Assembly: GCF_030028105.1 (NCBI RefSeq)
Contig: NC_092379.1
Coordinates: forward strand, 25,537,821-25,601,820
Source of the DNA: Mobula birostris
Lineage: Eukaryota
Direction of reading: 5' to 3'
Length of the DNA: 64,000 bases
The notes below the pieces were generated by a model that did no database searches, was not told the origin of the DNA, and saw nothing but the letters and a program-made list of their open reading frames with translations. Of this stretch, positions 50,780 to 60,576 are shown in pieces. Position 1 is the first letter of the stretch; every line of letters begins with the position of its first letter. The translations under genes were made by a program, and so were the position numbers.

Positions 50780-51081
50780 AGGTACAGCACACTAATACGT
50801 TGCCAAACCATATAGCCGCATCGCCGGGATAGTCAAACGATACTCTATTTGCCCTTCCTGGACTACATCAGTAAACCGGCCTTTGGCAAAATCCGCCTGT
50901 TTGTAGTTGCCACCACATGCGTTTCGCCAAGCCATAAACTTGACCTGTCTACCAGGATTTTGGCGATACCAAAATAAGTAACTAACAACATTGCTGTAGC
51001 TGCACGTGAAGGTAATGCGTTCGCCCTCAGTCCCGGTGAGTGAGGATTCCCGCTAATTCACTGAAACGCCATCACTCAGAT
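50780..51081 (-). pseudogene. V3 pseudogene (paralogue of V1), two in-frame stops, no leader found
   Basis: 302-nt exon, same length as V1: LSDGVSVN*RESSLTGTEGERITFTCSYSNVVSYLFWYRQNPGRQVKFMAWRNACGGNYKQADFAKGRFTDVVQEGQIEYRLTIPAMRLYGLATY*CAVP. Intron homology to V1 ends at ~51535. Confidence 0.9.
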
Positions 51082-51544
51082 CTGGAATATAGGAAGAATT
51101 AATATTACATATTCAAAATCAACTGGCTGCACGAGGCGAGGCTGTTTACATTTAATAAAATAAACTTTATAAGGAATTGTATAGTATGTTATTTGCCTAA
51201 TGAAACTTCCACGATACCTCTTCACTTCAAACTTGTATCACTCAGGTCCTTGTTTTCATTATATTCTTGTAAATTTCATCCTGTACTTCAGATGATGCAG
51301 CATATGCATCTGTACCATTATTAGATGACGAAATATCAACTGTCAATCAGAAATCAACATAAATCTGATAATTTTGTTGATGTGAAATCAGCGATACAGA
51401 TATAGATACAGTCTTTCGACGTCTGTCCTTTTTTAGTATAAAATGAAAATAGACTCTATTTTCTATTTTCTCCTGAAGAAATATACAAACCGAAGCCCCC
51501 AAGCTGACGGTTAAAATTTCAAGCATTCAGTTTATAAACGCAAA

Positions 51545-52010
51545 CAACAGGAAATCTGCAGATGCTGGAAATTCAAGCCACACACATCAAAGTTGCTGGT
51601 GAACGCAGCAAGCCAGGGAGCATCTCTAGGAAGAGGTGCAGTCGACGTTTCAGGCCCAGACCCTTCCTGACGAATACAGGAATCCAGTATACAGGAGGAC
51701 ACACCAGGAGTACAGGAGATAGTGACCTTAATATACCCACTCGTGAAGTGTCGCCTTACCTGGAGGGACTGTTTGGGGCACTGAAGAATAGTAAGGGAAG
51801 AAGTGTAGGTGCAGGTGTAGTACTTGTTCCCCCTGTGCCGATAAATGCCAGGAACGAGGGCAGTAGGGAGGGACTAATGGGCAAGTGAATTACGCAGGGA
51901 GTGATTTCTATGGAAAGCAGTAAGCGTGGACGGGTTCGAGATGTGCTTGATGGTGAGCTCTCGTTGGAGATGACATAAGTTCCGGAGAATTCCGGACAAC
52001 AGAAAACGAG
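51545..52010 (-). mobile_element. Penelope-like element terminal repeat plus ORF fragment
   Basis: GAAATCTGCAGATGCTGGAAATTCAAGC..GTCGACGTTTC terminus, which I recall as common in ray genomes. It is joined to a region homologous to 19088-19410. Confidence 0.65.
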
Positions 52011-52774
52011 CTATTATAATATAAGCAGAGCAGCACGATGCATAGAAGTATGGATGAATGTGATACATAGAACGTAATGAGATACTAGCAAGTAAGGGTC
52101 ATAGAATATAGTCAAACAAAGGAAAAACTTTTGGCAGAATTTACCTCAAGGCTTAAGAAAAACTACCAAACGGAGCTCATTACTACAACATTATTTGAAG
52201 GACCTAAACACGTCTGGTATACCTATAATGACGTATTCTTTGGCATAATATCTTGATCAAAAAGCAAATTATAAAACTAAGAAAGGAAAAAAAAAATAAT
52301 AAAACTGGCATTGGATAATTCAGAAAACATTATGTGCGCTCTAACGCACTAAGATTAACACGGTAAAGGGCTGAAGGAGGAAGTGGAACAGCAGATGCTA
52401 TAATTCTAAGCTGGAGTCACATAAAACTTCTTAGTGCATATTTTATTATGGAAAACAGGATTTAGCGCACGATGCGAGTGAATGAAATTCTGCTAAGAGG
52501 ACACAACACTAAATTCAACTGACAGATTAAACATTCAAAGATGAAAAAAGATACCATCCATCTGATAAGAATGATCCTCCAAGAATTACGCCACCCTGGT
52601 GGAACAGGCTGGATGTCGATAAGAACGCGTCAAACACCAGATCCAAAGTTGAAGATCTCTTCTCACAAAAAAGGGCTTCCTTGTGGCAATAGTCAACCAG
52701 TTGGTTACCACACACAGTCATATATATGTGGAATGTGGAAACTGCCAAAGGAAAGAAAAAAAAAACGCAACACA

Positions 52775-53140
52775 TTAGTGACATAGAAATGCAGAAAAAG
52801 CAGCAGTACAATTCTGGCCCTTCTGCCCACAAAGCTGTGCCGAACATGTCCTTACCTGAGAAATGACCTGGGGTTACTAATACACGTCTATTTTTCCGAC
52901 CTCCAAATACCTGTCCAGGAGTCTCTTGAATGATCCTGTCGTATCTGCCTCCACCACCATCACCGGCAGCCCCTTCCACGCACTCACCACTATTTGGGTA
53001 ATAAACGTACCACTGATATCTCCTCTGTACTTACATCCAAGCACCTTAAAACTGTGCCCTTTCGTGCTGCCATTTCGGCTGCAGAAAAAAAAAACTCTGT
53101 CTATCCACACGATAAATACCTGTCATCATCTTATACACCT
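52775..53140 (-). mobile_element. CR1 3' end; paralogue of 20165-20530
   Basis: GHSFKVLG..VVSAW..LP..VVEADT motif, with the same junction as unit A. Confidence 0.8.
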
Positions 53141-53149
53141 CTCCCAGCC

Positions 53150-54060
53150 TTCCCCAGCGAGACGATAGTCCGGCCTCTGCGATGTGGAACAACGCAATAA
53201 TGCTGTATCGTACAAGGAGTTAGCTAGAAGTACATCCACGTACAACAGGGAAGCTAGAAGACAATGGCTGCTTCGAACATTTAGCTGAAAAACACTGTGG
53301 ATGACGAAGTATTTACCAGATTGTTGTATATCGGCCACCAGTAAGTTGACGCTCAAACCAATAAGTAGTGACATGTGAAACCAGAAGGGACTCACTGAAC
53401 GTAGAACAGGCCAATTACAGTATGTTTGTGTGCGTGTGTGTATGTGTGTTTTTGTGTTAAATACAAAAAAAATGTACGATGTAATTTCTGAGGTGTCAAT
53501 ATATATTCAGATATCTGATGGCAGATGGGCAGAGGGAAATAAGCTGTTCCTGAGTTGTTGAGTGTATGACTTTAGATCCCTGTACATCCACTTAATAGTA
53601 CAATGAGAAAAGGACGTGAACTGGATGATGAGGAGGCTCTTTCCCATGTAAGACTTGACATTCTGAAGCTGATGTATTTCCAGTGCAGCGCTCCTATAAC
53701 AGACGGTGATGCAGCCAGGATGAATGTTCTTTAATGTACAACCGTAGATAGTTCTGACTGTTCTTTGTGCATTACTATATCTCCTCAAGCTGTTAATGAA
53801 AACCCGATATCATATCTTCTCAGTAAACGTGTGGTATTGTCGGTCCCAGTATAGACAATCAGATATATTGATACCAACAACTTAAAATCGTTCACTCATT
53901 GCAATTCTGTGTGGGCTGCTGTGTGTTCCCTAGTCTTAACGTTTCTGAAATCCACAATGAAATATTTTGTATTCCGACACTGAACGCATATTTGTTGTGA
54001 CAGCATCAGCTATTGCTGTAACTCGATTGTGTTTTATATGAACTGGCTGGCTTAACGCTC
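53150..54060 (-). mobile_element. L2/Rex1-like fragments
   Basis: GCTLKNIHPGCITVCY and QQLRNSLFPSA pieces. Confidence 0.55.
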
Positions 54061-55602
54061 TAGACGAAATAACAGCCATGGCGCTCTAGGTGTTGCATAT
54101 TTCAGTAGCGAATACAGTTTCTGACTGGAGTGGTCCATTTAAATTCAGTAAAGGATTTTTTTTTTTTTTTACGTTGCACTTTAGCAATAGAAAAACCTTA
54201 GAAAATGAAATTATTCTTTTAGTACCGTTCTTTTTGATGAAACGTTGAGATCTACAAGATGGAAATTTAGTGACTACTTTTTTTTTTGTATAACCGTTCA
54301 CTTCAAGGACTTTGTTATGTCAATATTTAGCCTGCACTACATGTGCTATGCACTATCGTCTTCCACGCCCTTTTCTTTACTCCTCCTCTTCGTCCACAAC
54401 TCTTTAAGAGTGAGGAGCAGAGATTGTCCTGTTCATGTTATCTTTGCTCCTCCCCCTTTCTTTGTCCTGATTCGGCGGTCCAAAGAGCAGTTGGAGCAAC
54501 ACACAGAGCAGCCATTTTTGGCATGTTCTGCTGGTGAGGGTGGGAGTGTCAGCCTTTGGCTCAGATGAGGCTGCCGTTCAGAAGAGGTGGTGGCTTTCCG
54601 TAAACTGTCCCGGTATGTTTTGTTGTTTTCCATTATTGTCACTATGTAAGTGGAACATAGTGTAGTTTAAATGGCCGTTGTGTGTTCGTCATGTCCGATG
54701 CAGGGGACCTTGGAAATACACAAGCTACCAGAAAACTGCAACGACACGAACTGCATCTATCTGGATATCCATATCAAGAATCTGGAGCAGCAACTGGCTT
54801 GAACGTGAGAATGAGTAGTTTATCGATCAGAGTTATAGAGAAGTAATATCTCGTAGGTTGCATGAAGTGGGTAGCAGCGGACTGCCAGCAGAAGGGACAG
54901 GAAACAGAATAGAGTGTGTAGAGCACGCCTTTGGCTATTCTGCACAATGATGCATATACAATTCTGGATTCCGTAGCGGGCGATGGCCACTTAGGGAAAT
55001 CTCGTGGTGTACAGGTTACTGGCATTGAACACGAAACCTGTCGCAGAAGGGAAGGAGGGTGTGAAAGGACTTTTATTGATAGCGCAGTAGTTAAAGGAAC
55101 AGGCAGGTGCTTCCGTGTCTTGAAAGCTACACCTGGATGGTATGCTGCCTTCCACGTGTCAGGGGCAGGGAAGTCTCCGATCTTGTCCACGACAAGTTCG
55201 AGGATGATGGAGAGCAACTACATGTATTTGCATATATTTGCATCAATGACGTAGGAACTAAAATCATAGAGGTCCTGAAGAGAGAATTTACAGATCCAGG
55301 CTGAGTAGCAATCCTCCAAGGTTGTAATTTCTGGATGGCTAGATACACAGTGCGTCAGTGAAGGTAGAGCAGGATTGATTTGGCAGATATATGGACGGCT
55401 GTGAAGCTGGTGATGGAGGCAGAGTTCTGGATCAATAGGGTTTCTTCTGTGGGATGTATGACCAGTGCAAAAGTGACGAATTTTACCTGAACGCGATGGG
55501 AACATTCTCCTGAGCAACTACATTAAGGCTACCGGAGAAGGTTTAAACTAACTTGTCAAGGTCGGAAACCAGATAGGTGTGACTCAGGAACGGACGATGG
55601 TT

Positions 55603-55634
<32 letters not shown>

Positions 55635-55635
55635 A

Positions 55636-55669
<34 letters not shown>

Positions 55670-55680
55670 ACGACAACAAC
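55603..55680. repeat. (AAC)n microsatellite
   Basis: About 26 mostly perfect units. Confidence 0.95.
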
Positions 55681-56642
55681 AGAGCTAGCATGCAGTTTGA
55701 CTATCAGGAAGGACAGGCGGATGATAGGACAAAATTGCAACCAGCAGGGTAACAAGAAAATGAATAAGGGATGCGGGATCAAAAAGCGTCGAAAATAAAG
55801 TACTCAAAGTGTTATATCTCAATGCACGAATTGTAAGAAATAAGGTGGAGACTCTTGATAACATTTACAGATCGACGGGTATGATGTTATGGCCATCACT
55901 AAACCGTAGTTGAAAGATTGCTGTAGTTGACAGCTGAATGTGCAAAGTTAACCATCGTATTTGAGAGATAGGCAGGTAGGCTCATGGCCTGGCGTGGCTC
56001 TGCTGCTAGGGAATGACAACAAATTACTAGAAAATAGTTGTATTCGATTGAAATTGTTGAATCTTTTTTGGTTCAGTTAAGAAACTGCAAGGGTAAAATG
56101 ACCCTGATGATTGTTATATACAGCCTTACAAAAAGTTGCTGTGATATGGAGTATAGATTGCAATGGAAATAGAAAACTTGTGTCATAAGCGCAATGGTAA
56201 GATAATAATGGGCGATGTTTACATGCAGGTGAATTGGAAACATCTGGTTGTTATTCGACGTCAAAAGATGAATTTGTTCAATGCCGACTAGATGTTTTTT
56301 TTTAGAACAGCTTGTCGTTGAGCTTACGAGGGAATCGGCGAAACTGGTTTGGGTGCTATCTAAAAAAAAGCGGAGGCGATAAAGCAGCTTAATTTAAAGG
56401 AAGCCAAAGCAGCCAATGATAATAATATGATTGCATTCACTAGAAGGAGGCAAGGGTCTCTAAAAGACCCGCCTCAAGAGCCACGAAAAATCGGCACCCT
56501 GAAGGCGCGCTACTCTTTTTGGCCGCCTCCTTGGCATACTGAAAACCCGCCGGTCTTGCACCCCTGAGAGAGATTCCCATTTCTGCAAAGAACCGCAGTT
56601 AGTATGTTACTGTAGATTAGGGTCTTCGAAAGAACCCCGGAA

Positions 56643-56652
56643 AGAGAGAGGA

Positions 56653-56698
<46 letters not shown>
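56643..56698. repeat. (GA)n microsatellite
   Basis: Read directly from the sequence. Confidence 0.95.
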
Positions 56699-56699
<1 letters not shown>

Positions 56700-58327
56700 A
56701 ACTGAAAGAGCTATAAGGAACGAAAAGATGAAATATGAAGAAAGCTTGCAAACTATATCCAGGTCTACAACAATAGCATTTTTCAAGTCTAAGATATTAA
56801 AAAGGAAATGACAGTCGCTCTAGCACAGCTTGGTAATGTGGCAGAAGAAATAATTTCTTCACAGAGAAGAAATAACTGAGACAAATTGATAAAATGTGTA
56901 TTGAATAAGTATTTACACATCGGTCATCAATGTGGAAGAGTCCAGCAGAATGTACGTTTTGATGGGTAAGAGGGAAGAGAAGTGAGTGCAGTTACTAAGA
57001 CAAGGGAGAGTGTGCTCAAACTGCTGAAAGACTTCAACGTCCAATCGTAAAACGGACTAGATGAAATACACACTATGGTTCCAGCAGAGCTAGTCTAAGA
57101 GACTTCAGAGACATTAGTAATAATCTTTCAGGAATTATCTGACTATGGAGGGGTTCCGGAGGACTGCAATTTTGCATTTCTCACTCGACTCTCTAAGGAA
57201 GGAGAGAGGCAGCAGTTAGAAGTTTATAAACCAACTAGTCTGAACTTAATGGTTGGAATGATATTGTATTTAATTGTTAGTGATGAGATTCAGGGGTAGT
57301 TATTAACACAGTCAGGACAGGAGAAACTTAGCATGGTTTCTTCCTTTGAAGAGATTACAAATACGATTGATAAACAGCCTGACGTTGTGCCGCAAAAGAG
57401 GGTGCTTCCCAAGTTAAGAGTCTACGGTATTACAAAGAATATACGAGATGTGATTGATATGTCCGTGGCCTAAAGGAGAAGTAGTCAATTTTAGAAAACC
57501 TAAACACGTTTATTTTTCCTACCCTTACATACTTAGTTCAGGGGCCGTGGATCAGGCGGATCCCTTCTTTGTAGAAGTCGGTGTCTTGGAGCTCCAGAAG
57601 TGGTCCACAGCAGAGGTGGTTGATAAGTTCGTAGCCTAAGGTAGAAGGAGATGAGTTATTAAATACAAACTTTCAGCATTTTCAGTCATACAGAGCTGTA
57701 TGTCTCACTGACAAGTTTCAGGTGCTGAAAAACAGAGACAGACTATATCTGGAAGGATGATTTCTATTGCGGTGGCTGGCGGGGGGGGGTAGTAGTCCTG
57801 GGTAAGAGGGACGTCCTTTTAATACAGAGATGCGGAGAAATTTATTTCCCAATAACGAAGTGATTTTGTGAAATTTGACATCACATTCAGCGGTGGAGGC
57901 CAGGTTGTGTGGTGCATTCAAAGAGGGGATTGATAGGTTATTTTTGATACAAGGCATAAAAGGTAACAGGGAGAACATCGACGAGTGTGGCTGAGAGGGG
58001 TGGGGGTAAGGATCAGAAACGATTGAATGCCGGAGCAGGGTCGATGAACCAAATACCAAAAGTTCTCTCCTATGTCGTAAGTTCTTAGTAACTTTGCATG
58101 CGTGTTTTCATGTTTGTCGAGTTATATTGATGGGAATTGGAAGTGCTGTTGCGTATTATTAGTCTAATAACACAATCCCAAGGAACAGCAATACTGTATT
58201 TATTTTTTCCTGTCCGTCTTGAAGTTACGTATTTACTTTATAATATCGATATGTATATCTGTTTGCTATATTATGCAGTGGTGGAAGACTTAATTGAAAG
58301 AGATATAGAGTTACTCCTAAAAAAATG

Positions 58328-58328
<1 letters not shown>

Positions 58329-58373
<45 letters not shown>
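58329..58373. repeat. (TG)n microsatellite
   Basis: About 22 units. Confidence 0.95.
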
Positions 58374-58375
<2 letters not shown>

Positions 58376-59126
58376 ACATATTAACCAATTAATTTATCAT
58401 TTCTCAGAAATGTAAATTTAATATAGATGCTTCGAGATTTACAAAACATTAGATTGATTTTGAACAGCTGATGTGTAGGTGTTCTCTGTGTTACAGGTTC
58501 GACTGCAGGTTCAAGGCATTAGCAAAGGCAGGCTGTCTGAGAGGTATTTAACCTCTCCCACAGCCCTGTATTGGGTGGCATTACTGAAAGCAATAAACGC
58601 CATTTATTTGATGATTATGTCACTCTACCTATTATACACAACGGTTGTCCATTTGTTCCTGTAATCCTCAATAACGACTCTATCCTCGTCGTTCGTTACG
58701 ATATCATCCATAGAAGTGATAGCTTCAATCAGACAAACGTGCTTGTTATTTCGTTATACCCATAATTCCGTTGGTGGTATTCCTGCAATACAGCAAATAA
58801 AACAGTAAGCCAAATAATATTATCCCTGTTATATGCATTGCATGACAATATGCATAAAATTCCAAGAGTTTAGGTAACAGAACGGGCAACACTTCGATGA
58901 GTTAACTTTTTTTTTTATTTGGATAATGGAGAATTTTTCACTTAGGTTGAATCCGAAACAAACTAAATCGGCAGTCATGAACGTGTATATGTGACTGTTC
59001 AGAATCCTGTTGAATCAGATTAACTGTATCATCTTTCGCACAATAGCTGTGTTACAGCGTTAACAGATGTACGCCCGTTTGAAACAGACCACAACAGACA
59101 ACAACTGTTTCCAAGAAATACGTGGT

Positions 59127-59165
59127 AGTTATTGTACGAGGCATCAGCTCTATCTCAGCATTGTG
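59127..59165 (-). other. 23-RSS of V4
   Basis: CACAATG + CTGAGATAGAGCTGATGCCTCGT (23 nt) + ACAATAACT. Confidence 0.9.
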
Positions 59166-59478
59166 ATAATCATGGACCGCTCTGCACAATAATATGTAGC
59201 TGTGTCAGACAGCCAGACCCCTCTGATAGTTAGTTGGAATTCCTTGAATGAATCTTCTACTGTTTCAAGGAAACGGTCTTCAGCGAAGTGGGCCTTGATT
59301 GAAGTTTTGTCCTTTATGCCTCTCCCGACGGCAAATTCCGGCTCTCGACCTGGGTATTGGCGGTGCCAAGACAAGTAATAGGCACTCTTGGTGTACATGC
59401 AGGTCAAAGTAACGACGTCCCACTTTTTCCGTGTGAGGGATGATTCCCGGTGTTTTATGCCATTGGGGTCAGCCAAGC
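59166..59478 (-). CDS. TCR alpha/delta-type V exon (V4), open frame, different subfamily from V1
   Basis: Acceptor TTCTCCTTTCGTTAAGCAG. Translation GLADPNGIKHRESSLTRKKWDVVTLTCMYTKSAYYLSWHRQYPGREPEFAVGRGIKDKTSIKAHFAEDRFLETVEDSFKEFQLTIRGVWLSDTATYYCAERSMI. Cys, Trp and DTATYYC are intact. Confidence 0.9.
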
Positions 59479-60119
59479 CTGCTTAACGAAAGGAGAAAAT
59501 ATATCCCAACTGTTAATCAGAAGGCAATATTCGAGATCGTTTTCAAAGAATTTTATATACATAACGTAATTTCAAGGACAGGTTAGGGCTGAGCCTAATG
59601 AATCCAAAAAAGGCCTGCGTATCCCACACCAGCTTCTGCTGCGCTTTTTTCACTTCGTTCCGTCAGGTTGTCGCTATTACTCTGTCCTTCAGGCACATAG
59701 CACGGTTGCATGGACTATTGCAATTCACCCTAATTACTCTGTGATATATTCAAGTAGCACAACGAATAAAATTCACTAATTATATTCCAAATCCAACCCC
59801 CATTGCAGAGAAATAGGACCAGGATTCCTTCCACACTTACTCTCCTAAAACTCAGACTATCTGAAACCAATACGCGGACTGACCCTTCCGAAGAAAATGA
59901 CGCTACATTGTAGAATAAATACCAGTGTGCAGATCCTGCAATTTTATAGTTTTGTCATATTGTTCACTTTCCGTTTTACCTCTAAAATGCCGAATCCCTT
60001 CATTATCTGCACCCAAGTCAGACACTGTCATGGACTTTGGAAAACTGAACAACGCCTCTTCTAATTTGATTTATATTCTTGTTGAAACTACACCACTCGA
60101 AATATTTGAAACCTCGTAC

Positions 60120-60165
60120 CGAAACTGAAAGTCAGGTAGAACCCAATGAGCGTAAGCAGATCCAT
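60120..60165 (-). CDS. Leader exon of V4 (MDLLTLIGFYLTFSF)
   Basis: 46 nt, hydrophobic, phase 1, GTACGA donor. Splices in frame over a 641-bp intron. Same length as the V1 leader. Confidence 0.8.
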
Positions 60166-60254
60166 TTCGACTGCTCTCGCCATTCGGTCTAATATCTATC
60201 ACGGAGCAGATATGAGTAAGATTATGATATCACAGAAAACTATAGCTGGGTTTA

Positions 60255-60300
60255 ACATCGTTACGTCCTGTGCAAAACCAATCAGAAAGAGTCACAAATA
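60255..60300 (-). promoter_or_regulatory. Candidate V4 proximal promoter motifs
   Basis: CRE-like GACGTAA (60261-67), CCAAT (60278-82) and AP-1-like GTGACTC (60289-95), about 100-130 bp upstream of the ATG. These are short motif matches only. Confidence 0.35.
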
Positions 60301-60576
60301 CATGATCTACAGGAAATCTGCTAGAAGAGCACAGCTGCCCAGACAGCATCCAAGGCAAAATTGCGTCTTCTTTCCATTGTGAGGGTGATTATATTTCTCA
60401 TTTTGGTCTGTGTTGGAACTGTTAAAATCTTGGAGCAATTTTCTGACAGCAACAGATATTTAAGAAGTAAAATGTAGTGGCAAAGAAACGCAATGGATGC
60501 AAATCGTCCAGAAATTCATTTTTAGTCTGCAAATGCTAGTCTTCACATCAAAGGTTTATTTGATCTGTGGGAATGT

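Larger units (their letters stand above)
54500..58075 (+). mobile_element. Old decayed CR1 LINE (ORF1 esterase remnant to 3' tail) with internal insertions
   Basis: AILHNDAYTILDSV resembles AIPLTNKYTALDTV of the 13.1-kb element. Endonuclease start CYISMHEL-like at ~55810. 3' tail at ~58030-58075. Confidence 0.7.

Noticed and set aside
50780-51540. V3 as a NAR-TCR supporting V (leaderless, extra Cys)
   Set aside because: Its paralogue V1 has a normal leader, the loss maps to a deletion junction, V3 has two stops, and no NAR-type V, D or J lies upstream in the window.
58480-58840. Splice-acceptor-like sites and a 64-aa ORF downstream of V4
   Set aside because: Stop codons in the phase expected from the acceptors, and no Ig or other recognisable motifs.
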